Part shown: positions 25,335 to 45,305 of the stretch, piece by piece | Layout of the letters: every line of letters starts with the position of its first letter | Numbering within the stretch: the first letter of the stretch is position 1 | Assembly: GCF_009914755.1 (NCBI RefSeq) | Contig: NC_060947.1 | Direction: 5' to 3' (one strand) | Source of the DNA: the human T2T-CHM13v2.0 reference genome, Homo sapiens | Length of the DNA: 64,000 nt | Position numbers and translations under genes: made by a program | The notes under the pieces: generated by a model | Told to the model about the DNA's origin: nothing | The model's database searches: none | Seen by the model: only the letters and a program-made list of their open reading frames with translations

Positions 25335-28300
25335 CTGGAACACTGGCCTTTGATTTTCTTTTTTTGTAGTGTTCTTGCCTAGTTGCTATCAGGCTAATGC
25401 TACCTCTGAAAATAAATTTGGAAAGGTTTCATTTATTTTAGTTTTCGGAAGAGCTTGAGGATTGGTGTTATTTCTATAAAAGTTTGGTGGAATTCATTTG
25501 TGAAACCATCTGGTCCTGGGCTTTTATGTGTTGCAAGGTTTTTGATTACTGATTCAATCTCCTTGCTTGTTATTGGAATGCCCAGATTTCCTACTTCATG
25601 ATTCAGCCTTGTTAGGTTGTATGTGTCTAAGAAGTTAGCCATGTATTTCATATTGTCCAATTTGCTGTCATGAAATTCTTCATAATAGTCTCATGATTCT
25701 TTTTATTTCTGTGGCATTCATGGCAATATCTACCCTTTCATTTCTCATTTTATTTGAGTACACTCTCTGTTACTCTTAATTAGTTTAAATTTGTCAATTT
25801 TGTTTACCTTTTCGAAATCAACGTGGCTTTGTTACATTTTCCATTGTTTTCCATGTTCTATTCCATTTCTTTCTGCTCTAATCCTTATTATTTCCTTCCT
25901 TCTCTTAACTTTAAGCTTAATTTGTTCTTCTTTTTTTAGTTCCTTTAGGTGTAAAGTTAGGTTCTTTATTTGAGATTTTTCTTCTTTGTAGAAGAAAGAT
26001 CTTGTTTTTATTTATTTACACAGTTTATGTCTTTTGATTGGTAAATTTAATTCATTTATGTTAGAGTAATTACAGAAACTGAAGAACTTACCATTGCTAT
26101 TTTGATCATTTTCTGCTTATTTTGTAATCATTTTGCTCCTCTTTTTCTCTCATATTGTCTTAGTGATTTGTTGATATTTTGTAGTGATATTCTTTAACTG
26201 TTAATTTTCTCTCATTTTATATATATTCTGTATGTATTTTTATGGTTACCATGGGACTTACACAAATATATCTAGTAGTTATAACAATCTACTTTAAACT
26301 GATAACAACTGAACAATAATCTCATACAAAAATTCTTCACTTTCATTCTTCCTTTATTTTAATTATGTCACAATTTGCATCTTTTTTATATTGTGAATAA
26401 GTAAACAAGTTTTTGTAACTATTCTTATTTTTAACGTTTTCATCTTTTAACTTTTATACTAAAATTAAAGGTGATTTGCACACCACCATTACTGTATTGT
26501 AGTCTTCTATATTTCTTTATATATTTGCATTTAGCAGTTATTTTTATACTTTCATGTGCTTTTTTGTTGCTGTTTGCACCCTTTAATTTCAGTTTGAAAA
26601 ACTCCCTTTAGCATTTTGTTTTAAAGTTTATATAGTTGTGACTTACTTGCTAAATATATTATATATATATTTGCTATATATATATATATTTGCTATATAT
26701 ATATATATATATTTGCTATATATATATATATATAGGCCTGGGAAAGTCTTTATCTCTCCTTCATTTTTGAAGGACAGTTTTAGAAGGTATATCATTCTTA
26801 GCTGACAGTTTTTCAAAAAAATTTCAGCACCTTGAATATATTATTTCACTCCCTTCTGCCCTGCAATGTTTCCACTGAGAAATTCAGTAATAGTCTTATG
26901 TAAGCTTTGTCATACATCAAAATTCTATTTTTCTCTTGATGCTTTTCAAAATTGTCTTTTTATCCTTGACTTTTGACAATATGATTATAACATGACTCAC
27001 TGTAAGTTTCTTTGGGGTCAGTCTATTTGGGATCTTTTGTACTTTATGAACTTGGATGTCTACTTTCCTCACCAAATATGGGACTCTTTTAGTCAGAATT
27101 TGTTTAATTAAGTTTTCTGGTTCTATCTTCTATCTTCTCTATCTTGAATTTTAACAATGTGTATTTTGGTCTACATGATCATGTGCCTTACTATCATAGG
27201 ACTTTATCACTTTTTAATGTTACTTTTTTCTTTTCACTCCTTTAAGTAGACAATTTCAAGTGACCTGTCTTTGAGTTTGCTGATTCTTTCTTCCTGTTCA
27301 AGTTTTCTCTTGAAGCTCTATATTGAATTTTTAAAATTATTTATTCCTCAGCTCCAAAAGTTTTTTGTTTCTTTTTATGGTTCCCGTATCTTTGTGGATA
27401 TTCTCATTCTGCTTATTTGTATCACTTTTCTGATTTATTTAGTTATCTATCTGTGTTCTGTCATATTACACTATCTTTTTTAAGATGATTATTATTTAAT
27501 TATTTGTCACAAATCTATAGTCTCCATTTCTTTAGTATCTGTTGCTGGAGATTTGTTCTGTTTCTCTGGTAATGTCATATTTTTATAATTCCTTCTGTTT
27601 CTTGTAACTTTGTATTGGTGTCTACATGTTTGAATGAGCAACAATCTCTTTCAGTTTTCATAAACTGGTTTTGGAAAGAGACCTTCACGAATTATCCTAG
27701 CTAGAGATTCTGGGAGCCCCTTAAATATTTTCTATAGATATTCAAGCTCCAGTCCACTCTCTTTCACCTGGGAGACAAGTTTGCTCTTCTTTTCCCTAAT
27801 GCAATGTACTGGTAGGTTTGGATATTGGATGCACGCTCTAATCTTCTCCCTTTCTCCTGAAGAGGGAAAAGTCTCAGGATTGTGTAGCTTTTCCCAAACT
27901 TGCAGAGCCAGGTAAGCTGAAATAAAACTGCCTGTTCTTTTTTCCCTAAGGAAGTGCACTGAAATATAATGAGGTTGGGTCCAAGCTCTGCTTCTCTCCC
28001 TTCCTCTTGTAGTAGAAGTCTCAGGATTGTGTACCTTCTCTCAATACAACAAAACCAAATAGGCTGCTGAGAGACACCTGATAATTTTTCCTCCGGAAGT
28101 GCATTAAAAGACCAGGAGAGTGAGTGAAAGTTCCATTTTTATCTCTTCCTCCTGAAGAAGAAATTTTAGGGTCGTGTACTTTATTTCAATCATACAATGT
28201 TATTCAGACTTCTGAGAGCCCTGACTGTTTTCTTTGTTCTTAGCTGCCCCCCAAGCATTCTAACTATGCCAGTTTCATCTGTGCTCTGAGTGAGGGGAGA

Positions 28301-28638
28301 CAGACGTATCTCAGGCAGCACCCCAAAAGGCTAGAGATGTCATAAGCATGCTTCATTCATTCTTTCCCCTGAGGGAGAAATAATCGGTTGAGTGGATCTC
28401 TTTCAGTGCTGAGCTGTGCCAGCTTGCAGGGTGGACTGACATGCATAAAGTAAAACTGCTCTCCTTGCCCATTTCAAAATGGTATTTCTCAGTGTTGTGC
28501 TTGTCTGGGGAGTTGCAACATATGAATGGAATTCTCGCATTACTGTTAAGGTATTGTGGCTCATGTATCATTGTTTTAGCAGTGTTTCTGTGGGGAAGAA
28601 AATGGCTGAGACTTCATTTTCTGCCATCTTGTTGACCT
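25335..28638 (-). mobile_element. Old L1M 5' portion (ORF2 fragment, ORF1, 5'UTR)
   Basis: ORF 25433-25660 [11 protein letters not shown]...[16 protein letters not shown] is ORF2; 5' terminus rc caagatggcagaa at ~28620-28632. Confidence 0.85.
26655..26734. repeat. (TA)n with ttgcta interruptions
   Basis: Repeated tttgc(ta)n units seen directly. Confidence 0.95.
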
Positions 28639-29427
28639 AACTAAGCAGGATACATTTAAATATTAATAATGGTGATTATAATCATAATAATATAATAATG
28701 GCCTTTCTGTTCTAATTCTGGTCTTTAATACAAAACAATTCTAGTCTTTTATCAATAAGTGTGATATGATAGGCATAGTATGCATGCATGCGTGTGTGTG
28801 TGTATATATACGTGTGTATCTTATAAAGATACCTGTATATTATTATTTAGTTAAACATATTTTCTCCTTTCAACTTCTCTCTTTTTTCTCTATTTTTTAT
28901 TCTACTCATGAATAAATATTAATTCTTACTGAATAAGTTTTTGGAATATATTCAAATAAGTGTGTTGATAAAATACACTTTCTTATGCTTTATGTGGTAA
29001 AATAGATGATTATATTTTTCAACATTAAGCAATTTTTGCATTTTTCTAATGCAAAGAAAACCCCTTGATTTTGCTACAATTGAAATAATGTTTACTATTA
29101 TTTTGCATGTCTTTTGCATTAATATTTATATTACAAATTCATCTTTAAAAAATCTATGTTAAAAGCAATAAAAAGATCATCCACATACCTTTCTTATTTC
29201 CTCTGTTCCCTTAAAATTTAATTACATTATGTTTTGCTGCCCTTTGAAAGTTTGACAGAATTCACTTAAGAAGTCAATTGTCACTTAGTATTGTGGGTGA
29301 GGGGGACATGTTATGCCTTAGGTACTCATAACAACTTGTACAACTCTTCTTCACACAATCAATTTTGGTAAAATATGCTACCAGAAAAACCCTATTTTAT
29401 TTTGGTTTTCAGCTTTTTGTTATATAT

Positions 29428-32400
29428 TGACATGGTTTGGCTGTGTCCCTACTCAAATCTCATCTTGAACTGCAGTTCTCATAATCCCCACGTATGGTGG
29501 GAAGGACCCAGTGGGAGGTAATAGAATCATGGGGGCAGTTACCTCTATGCTGTTTTCATGATAGTGAGTCAGTTCTTACAAAATCTGATGGTTTTATAAG
29601 GGACACTTCCCCCTTTGCTCAGCACTTCTCTCTTCTCCTGCCATGTGAAGAAAGATGTTTGCTTCACCTTCTGCCATAATTGTAAGTTTCCTGAGGCCTC
29701 CCCTGCCATGTGAAACTGTGAGTCAATTAAACCTCTTCCCTTTATAAGTTACCCAATCTCATGTATGTCCTTATAGCAGAGTGAAAATGGACTCATACAG
29801 TAAATAGGTACTGCAGAGAGTGAGATGCTTCTATAAGGATATGCAAAAATGTGGAAGTGACTTTGGAACTGGGTATCAGGCAGAGGTTGGAACAGTCTGG
29901 AGGATTCAAAAAAGAAACAGAAAAAATGTGGGAAAGTTTGAAACCTTCTAGAGACTTGGAGGGCTCAGAAGACAGGAAGATGTGGGAATGTCTGAAACTT
30001 CCTAGAGCCTTGATGAATTGCTTTGGACAAAATGCAGATAGTGATATCGACAATGAAGTCCAGGCTGAGGTGGTCTCAGATGAAAATGAGGAACTTATTG
30101 GGAACTGGAATAAAGGTGATTCTTGCTATGCTTTAGCAAAGAGACTGGCAGCATTTTGTCCCTGCCTTAGAGATCTGTGGAATTTGAACTTGAGAGAGAC
30201 GATTTAAGGTATCTGGCAGAAGAAATTTCTAAGCAGCAAAGCATTCAAGAGGAAGCAGAGCATAAAAGTTTGGAAAATTTGCAGCCTGATGATGCAATGG
30301 AAAAGAAAAAAACATTTTCTTGGGATAAATTCAAGCCAGCTTCAGAAATTTGCGTAAGTAACAAGAAGCTGAATGTTAATCACCAAGAAAATTGGGAAAA
30401 TGTCTCTGGAGCATGTCAGAGACTATCATGGGAGGCCCTCTCATCACAGGCCTGAAGGCCTAGAAGGAAAACATGGTTTTGTGGGCTGGGCCCAGGGCCC
30501 CCCTGCTGTGTGCAGCCTCAAGACTTGGTGCTCTGTGTCCCCAGCTGCTCCAGCCATGGCTAAAAGGGGCCAAGGTACAGCTCAGGCCATGGCTTCAGAA
30601 GATTCAAGTCCCAAGCCTTGGCAACTTTCATGTGGCATTGGGCCTGTGGATGCACAGAAGAACTGAGGTTTGGGAACCTCTGCCTAGATTTCAGAGGATG
30701 TGTGGAAAAGTCTGGATGTCCAGGCAGAGGTTTGCTGCAGGAGTGAACTCCTCATGGAGAACCTCTGCTAGGGCAGTGGGGAAGGGAAATGTGGGGTTGG
30801 AATCCCCACACAGAGTCTCCAATGGGGCACTGCCTAGTGGAGCTGTGAAAAGAGGACCACCATCCTCCAGACCCCAGAGTGGTAGATCCACTGACAGCTT
30901 GCACTGTGCACCTGGAAAAGCCACAGACACAGGGCCAGCCCATGAAAGCAGCCAAGAGGGTGGCTGTACTCTGCAAAGCCACATGGGTGGATCTTGTATT
31001 GTAGACTCATCATTATACCAAGATGTAACAGTCTCTCATTGTCTGAGTTAATACCTGGAGTTCTTTGTCCTATATCCAAGAAGATTAAGAAGTGTAGCCC
31101 CAAGGGTGAGGTTGGAGTGAAAGTTTAATAAGTGAAAGAAGAAAGCTCTCCACCATTAGAGGGGGGGGCCTGGATGGGTTGCCTTCTATGAGGCTGGAGT
31201 CCAAGGTTTTTATGAACTGGGAAGGGGAAGGAATGTGCTTAGTCTGAGAGCTGTCTTGGAGAATGCATGACTCAATTTGGCCCAGGACCTTGGCCTGGGA
31301 CTATTCAGAAAGCTTGGCCTGGGACTTTGGCCCAGGATCAATCAGAGGCTGAAGTGATAATTTACAGGGGCTGGGCTCACAGTCCAAAAGGGAAGTAAAG
31401 TGCCCACCAGAACCCACTGGCGCTCATGGTGTTCACGGTCACAAAAGTAGAAGAAACTTTTCTGGGAGCCCACTGATTATACAAAGGACAAGGCATTTCT
31501 ATCTTAGGCCTTGCTCCTTTTTCTGAGTGAGCTGGAGATTTGCACAAGTTTTTGTCTGAGGTTCTATCTGTGAAGCCATGGGGATGTCTCCAGACACAAC
31601 CTCCTAATCTAGTTTCCTATTGGTGCCTGCAGCTTGATTTTTCCACAGGCTGCCTTTGTGTTATGTGGGGATGAGGCACTGACCCATGGGTTGGGGGCTC
31701 TCCAGGGACCCTTCCCTTGCTGTCTACCTAAGGCAAGCTAGCTAACTCCTCTCAATGTGAGCCCACCTCTTGCATCAGCGTGACCAGGATGTGAGACATA
31801 GAGTCAAAGGAAATCATTTGGAATTTTAAGGTTTAATAATTGCCCTTTTGGATTTTGGACTTGTATGGGGCCTGTAACCCCTTTGTTTTGGCCAATTTGC
31901 CCATTTGGAATGGGTGTATTTACCCAATGCCTGTACCCACATTGTATCTAGGAAGTAACTAACTTGCTTTTGATTTACAGTCTCATAGGCTGAAGGGACT
32001 TGCCTTTCTTAGATGAGAGTTTGGACTTCGACTTTGAGTTAATGCTGGAATGAGCTAAGACTTTGGGGGACTGTTGGAATGGCATGATTGTGTTTTGAAA
32101 CGTGAGGACATGAGATTTGGGAGAGGTCAGGGGCAGAATAATATGGTTTGGCTGTGTCCCCATCCAAGTCTCATCTTGAATTTTAATTACCATAATCCCC
32201 ACGTGTTGAGGGAGGGACCCGGTGGGAGGTAACTAAATCATGGGGGCAGTTACCCCCATGCTGTTCTTGTGATAGTGAGTGAGATCTCACAAGATCTGCT
32301 GGTTTTATAAGGAGCATTTCCTCCTTTACTGTGCACTCTTCTGCCGCCATGTGAAGAAGAATGTGTTTTGTTTAACCTTTTGCCTTGACTGTAAGTTTCC

Positions 32401-32494
32401 TGAAACCTCCCCAGCCATGCAGAACTGTGATTCAATTAAACCTCTTTTGTACATAAATTACCCAGTCTTTGGTATGTCCTTATAACATGAGAAT

Positions 32495-32500
<6 letters not shown>
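29428..32500 (+). mobile_element. THE1C/D-like MaLR provirus (LTRs 29428-29799 and 32139-32500), interrupted by an ERV1 LTR
   Basis: Two atggtttggctgtgtccc LTRs around THE1 internal; ORF 29851-30207 VTLELG...EELIGNWNKGDSCYALAKRLAAFCPC; tatat on both flanks. Confidence 0.95.
31024..31754 (-). mobile_element. MER50-like ERV1 LTR (731 bp)
   Basis: TG...CA termini; minus-strand start tgagaggagttagctagcttgccttagg; interrupts THE1 internal sequence. Confidence 0.75.
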
Positions 32501-32542
<42 letters not shown>

Positions 32543-32609
32543 TATTATATATATGAGATATATATATATATAAATTATTATATATATGAAATATATATAT
32601 ATATATATA
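32499..32609. repeat. (TA)n array with duplicated aattatt interruption
   Basis: Seen directly, abutting the THE1 3' LTR. Confidence 0.95.
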
Positions 32610-33386
32610 CCAAAGGAAGTATTTTAATTTTCATTATGGATCTTGGCGTACTTTACTCTCCTGCTGTCTAGCTAAGCAGCCCACACAGGACAGAAATGGG
32701 TAGCACTGAGGAATTATCAGATTTTTTTCTATCCCCAATATTTCTGCCCCCCTCCCTAAGCCCTGACCCAACCCTATCTAATAATCGAGAATGGTTAGTA
32801 TATCATTCTCTCTCTCAAAGAACAACTAAAATGGAAACAAGTCATTAGAGGACCAGTCCTCTTCTTAATAGGGCTTAGGAGCTGGTATGAGCTCTTTATT
32901 CACAATGGAGAGCTTCTCCTTCACCAAATCTGATAATATTGAAAAGAAATCTTCCTAGAAATTAGCATAAAGTAAATTCAAGCCAATAAAAGTCCAGTAC
33001 AAATAAGCAGAGCCTGACATAATACACTGAAAATGGAGGTCATGTTGTAGAACATCCAAAAAGGAAATGATCTCAATTTAACTTGAACTTAATTATGAGT
33101 CTTTTTAATTGGTTATTAAAAAACATGATTGCCTTTTCAATATAATGTGGACATTTACCTTGATTCCCAAATGTGCCTTCTTCAGAGAAATAATATTGGA
33201 TTGAATGAGACAACAGAACTAACTTAGAGGAAAATTTCTGAACTCCACCTGTCAGACACTATGAAGTTCCCCTTGATAATATCTTCTCCCAAATTATCTG
33301 CAAACAATTAACCATTAAGTCCTTTCAATTTTGCCTCCTGGATATTTTTTATCTTTATCCCTTTACATACATTCCCAGAGCCACTT

Positions 33387-33822
33387 AAAAACATTTAATT
33401 GACAAATTAGAGTTGTATATCTTTATGAGCTACAAATGATGTTGTGATTTATGGACACAATGTGGAATAATTCAATCAAGTCGATTAGCATACTCATTAA
33501 TTCTTATCTTTTTCATGTGGTGGGAACATTTTAAATTTACTATCTTAATTTTGAAGTTAGAAAACTGTACAATATGTTATTAACTATATTTACCATATTG
33601 TACAATAGATCTAAAAAGATATATATTCCTTTTGTCTTCTTTTGTCTAAATGAGGCTTTCTACACTTTGACCATCATCTCCCCATTTCTCTCACCCCTCA
33701 GCGTCTGATAACCACCATTCTACTCTCTGCTTCTATGAGTTGTATTGTTTTAGATTTCACGTATAAGCGAGGACATGTGGTATTTGTCTTTTCATGCCTG
33801 GTTTATTTCACTTAGTATAATG
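33387..33822 (-). mobile_element. L1MA 3' end inserted in L2-like sequence
   Basis: Antisense L1MA 3'UTR; perfect 15-bp TSD ttcccagagccactt at 33372-33386 and 33823-33837. Confidence 0.9.
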
Positions 33823-35994
33823 TTCCCAGAGCCACTTCTTTAGTCTAGGCAGATACCATCTCTTATGTAGCTTTACAATACCCATCTAATATCTCTCCCT
33901 GTAGTCTAAATCACCATAGATTAATAGCACATAATGTCAATGGAGTGAATTTCTAAAACACAAATATAATAATTGTATTCTACCTATAACTCCTCATTAT
34001 ATCCCCATTACCTCCTCTAGAGAACCTCATCTTTTTTCATAAGAGCCTATATATCGCTCCCATAGCATTATGTGCTTAACCATAGTATTGTACTTAGAAA
34101 AGTAAATGAGAGATCATAATAGATTGTGACTTCCTTCAGGGAAAAATATGCCATTATTGCATTCCCAGTACACATAAGAAGCACTAAGAAAGTTTCTGAT
34201 GAATGATTAGAGTCATTCTAATATCTGGGTTAGACACCATGATTAATGAGAATTTGAAATTTATAATTATAGCTACCATAAACCTCTTTAACTTTATTTT
34301 ATTAATAACAGTAGCTATAATGTATTGACTACATATCTTATACAAAGTTCCGGTGTTAGAAAACAAAGAAAACCTTTGCATTGAAACTGTGACTTTACGG
34401 TGCCAAGACACACAACGAAAAGGCTGAAAAGTCATTCTTCTTGGCCTTTAATCCACATAGTTTTATATATATAATTACTTGAAATTCTATAATTTCCAGA
34501 ACAAATTGATGAAGTCTGGCTTTTCTAACCAGCTTTATTTATATTAAAATAATATTTTTTATTTAGTGTTTGATTGTATTTAACATTTAATGCAAGCAGG
34601 AGGAGCATGGTTGAAGTATTACAGGGGATATACAAAATTTCACTGACATAATTTAAATATTTTCCTCTCAGTACATCTTGAATTAGATGTGAAGAAGTCT
34701 TGGGTTTCTGTCACTGTTCAGATAAAAAAATACTTGGAAGGCAAGATGATGTCAGTCTTTGTAATTCAATAGAAACACAAAGAGCTCATTTAATTATTTC
34801 TTCTCATTTCTTTTGGAAATCATGTTATTTTACCAGCTGACTGAGAGCAGAAACTAACAGCCAGTTCATATTTAGTGGCTTTTAAGAAGTGTTCCAATTG
34901 CTGCTGTAGTGCTAAAGTATATATTTTTTCACAAACAGGAATCTCAACCTTCTTCCCATTTCATTATATTCTCTAGCTTTGCAGTTTAGGGATATAGTGG
35001 GCTATAATTTTCAGTGGATTATTATTATTATTACAACAAAGAATAATTTTTAGAACACCCTCTACAAAGTTGTTGGTTCAAAAGCAAATGCCTTTCTTCT
35101 ATCTATATAAATGTAGTAGCCATTTGCACATGTTATTATTGACAGTTCAGAGAAGCAACTTGATTATATATTGAGTTGTTAAGAATGCTATACATGTATT
35201 TTATGTTACCATGAAGTTTAATATATTCAATAGAGTTCCAAAATCACTTGTCTATTCACATGGTAGAAATATAAACAGTTTAATTTGTAATACTGGTCAT
35301 CACTATCACCATCATCATCATTATTTATTGAAATGTATGCTAGATTATTTACAGTATTAGATTTAAATATCTTGTTTAATAATACGTAGAATGCTGAAAG
35401 AATTTTAAAATGTTAATTTATGTTAAGAGCTCTCCTCTAAGAGACACTTGGAAAATACAGCTTTTGTGAGCAATTGCTGTTACCTAAAATTTCTGTAGGT
35501 ATCATAGACTCTCATGATAAAATAAATTAAGTAGAATTTCTTTTGTGGCAGAAGTCATCTTAAGTTGTGAGATTTTAAGTCCAAGTCTTAATTACTTAAG
35601 GTCGCCTGTTGAGTGTACTGCCTTCTTCCACCAACTGGCAAGAAATAGATCCCAAGAGGTCTGCCTAGGGACAATACTCTATTTATTATACTTACGCTCA
35701 AGTAACTCAATTTACTGAAGGGGATGAATACACTAATAAGTATAAGACACATACAAAAATCAATAACATATTTAAATTAAATTTCTGGCCGGCTTTATTC
35801 ACTCCTGCTCTTCCTCATTTTAATCTTGACCAAAGATTAGGGCAAGAAATAAATTGGATTACGTAGAAAAGGAGCAATAAAAAATGTTATATGCAAACTA
35901 TGTTTCAGAAAAAAAAGAGTTACTCCAGGAATTCATATACTTGGCTGAGAACTCATCTGAAATACATGGAATACTTTTATAAGTCAATAATAAG

Positions 35995-37027
35995 GGGGAG
36001 TGGAGCCAAGCTGGCCGAATAGGAATAGCTCCAGTCTACAGCTCCCAGCGTGAGCGGCGCAGAAGACGGGTGACTTCTGCATTTCCAACTGTGGTACCGG
36101 GTTCATCTCATGGGGGAGTGCCAGATAGTGGGTGCAGGACAGTGGGTGCAGTGCACCGTGCATGAGCCAAGGCAGGGTGAGGCATTGCCTCACCCAGGAA
36201 GTGCATGGGGTCAGGGAATTCCCTTTCCTAGTCAAAGAAAGGGGTGACAGACAGCACCTAGAAAATTGGGTCACTCCCACCCTAATACTGCGCTCTTCCA
36301 ATGGACTTAACAAATGGCACACCAGGAGATTATATCCCACATCTGGCTAGGAGGGTCCCAGGCCCACAGAGCCTCGCTCATTGCTAGCACAGCAGTCTGA
36401 GATCAAACTGCAAGGCAGCAGCAAGGCTGGGGGAGGGGCGCCCCCCATCGCTCAGGCTTGAGTAGGTAAACAAAGCGGCTGGGAAGCTCCAACTGGGTGG
36501 AGCCCACCACAGCTCAAGGAGGCCTGCCTGCCTGCCTCTGTAGGCTCCACCTCTGGGGGCAGGGCACAGACAAACAAAAGACAGCAATAACCTCTGCAGT
36601 CTTAAATGTCCCTGTCTGACAGCTTTGAAGAGAGTAGTGGTTCTCCCAGCACGCAGCTTGAGATCTGAGAACGGGCAGACTGCCTCCTCAAGTGGGTCCC
36701 TGATCCCCGAGTAGCCTAACTGGGAGGCATCCCCCAGTAGGGGCGGACTGACACCTCACACGGCCAGGTACTCCTCTGAGGCAAAACTTCCAGAGGAATG
36801 ATTAGGCAGCAGCATTTGCAGTTCACCAATATCCACTGTTCTGCAGCCACCACTGCAGATACCCAGGCAAACAGGGTCTGGAGTGGACCTCCAGTAAACT
36901 CCAACAGACCTGCAGCTGAGAGTCCTGACTGTTATAAGGAAAACTAACAAACAGAAAGGACATCCACACCAAAAACCCATCTGTACATCACCATAATCAA
37001 AGATCAAAGGTAGATAAAACCACAAAG
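35995..37027 (+). promoter_or_regulatory. L1 5'UTR internal sense/antisense promoter region
   Basis: Position upstream of ORF1 ATG; YY1 motif altered to aagCtggcc at 36011; retains ~128-bp segment 36775-36902. Confidence 0.85.
36347..36448 (-). pseudogene. ORF0: L1 ORF0, truncated at 33 aa by premature TAG
   Basis: Manual translation MGGAPPPALLLPCSLISDCCASNERGSVGLGPS* versus known MAGAPPPASLPPCSLISDCCASN... Confidence 0.85.
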
Positions 37028-38043
37028 ATGGGGAAAAAACAGAGCAGAAAAACCGGAAACTCTAAAAATCAGAGTGCCTCTCCTCCTCCAAAGGAACGCA
37101 GCTCCTCACCAGCAACGGAACAAAGCTGGATGGAGAATGACTCTGACGAGTTGAGAGGGGAAGGCTTCAGAAGACCAAACTACTCCGAGCTAAAGGAGGA
37201 AGCTCGAACCAATGGCAAAGAAGTTAAAAACTTTGAAAAAAAATTAGACGAATGGATAACTAGAATAACCAATGCAGAGAAGTCCTTAAAGGACCTGATG
37301 GAGCTGAAAACCAAAGCACGAGAGCTACATGACGAATGCGCAAGCCTCAGTAACCGATGCAATCAACTGGAAGAAAGGGTATCAGCGACGGAAGACGAAA
37401 TGAATGAAATGAAGCGTGAAGAGAAGTTTAGAGAAAAAAGAATAAAAAGAAATGAACAAAGCCTCCAAGAAATATGGGACTATTTGAAAAGACCAAATCT
37501 ACGTCTGATTGGTGTACCTGAAAGTGATGGGGAGAATGGAACCAAGCTGGAAAACACTCTGCAGGATATTATCCAGGAGAACTTCCCCAACCTAGCAAGG
37601 CAGGCCAACATTCACATTCAGGAAATACAGAGAATGCCACAAAGATACTCCTTGAGAAAAGCAACTCCAAGACACATAATTGTCAGATTCACCAAAGTTG
37701 AAATGAAGGGAAAAATGTTAAGGGCAGCCAGAGAGAAAGGTCGGGTTCCCCACAAAGGAAAGCCCATCAGACTAACAGCTATCTCTCGGCAGAAACTCTA
37801 CAAGCCAGAAGAGAGTGGGGGCCAATATTCAACATTCTTAAAGAAAAGAATTTTCAACCCAGAATTTCATATCCAGCCAAACTAAGCTTCATAAGTGAAG
37901 GAGAAATAAAATCCTTTACAGACAAGCAAATGCTGAGAGATTTTGTCACCACTAGGCCTGCCCTAAAAGAGCTCCTGAAGGAAGCACTAAACATGGAAAG
38001 GAACAACCGGTACCAGCCACTGCAAAAACATGCCACTTTGTAA
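37028..38043 (+). pseudogene. ORF1: L1 ORF1p, frameshifted near 37780
   Basis: MGKKQSRKTGNSKNQSASPPPKERSSSPATEQSW...KGKPIRLTA then out of frame; native TAA at 38041-38043. Confidence 0.96.
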
Positions 38044-38106
38044 AGACCATGGATGCTAGGAAGAAACTGCATCAACTAATGAGCAAAATAACCAGATAAC
38101 ATCATA

Positions 38107-41950
<3,844 letters not shown>

Positions 41951-42617
41951 GAACAATGAGAACACATGGACACAGGAAGGGGAACATCACACACCTCACA
42001 CAACAGGGTCTGTCCTGGGGTGGGGAAAGGGGGGTGGGATAGCATTAGGAGATATACCTAATGCTAAATGACGAGTTAATGGGTGCAGCACACCAACATG
42101 GCACATGTATACATATCTAACAAACCTGCACGTTGTGCACATGTATCCTAAAATGTAAAGTATAATATTAATAATAAAAAAAGTCAATAGTAAGATAAAT
42201 AACCAAATTAAAACTGGGCAATTTGAACAGCTGTTTTACTAAAAAGTCATGTGAATGAGAAATAAACACCTTAAAAGATGCTCACCATCATTCATAATTT
42301 GGAAAATGCAAAATTAATTCCATAATGTGATACCAATACACTCCCACTGAAATAGCTAAAATTAAAGAAAAAAACTGAACACTCTAAGTGTTGGCAAGGA
42401 TGTGGTACAAATGGAACATACATTACAGGTAGAAATGTAAAAAGGTACAAGAATTTTAAAAAACAGTTTGGCAGTTTCTTTACAGTTAAGCGTATGCTTA
42501 CCATATAACCAAAAATTCTACTCCAAGATATTTACCTACAAAACTGAAAGTGTTATGTCCACATTGACCTGTATACAAATGCTTAGAGCAGAATCATTTA
42601 TAATACTCAGATAACCA

Positions 42618-45305
<2,688 letters not shown>

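Noticed and set aside
29851-31051. Cluster of 90-190-aa ORFs (also 49134-50350)
   Set aside because: Degenerate THE1 internal reading frames with stops and frameshifts.
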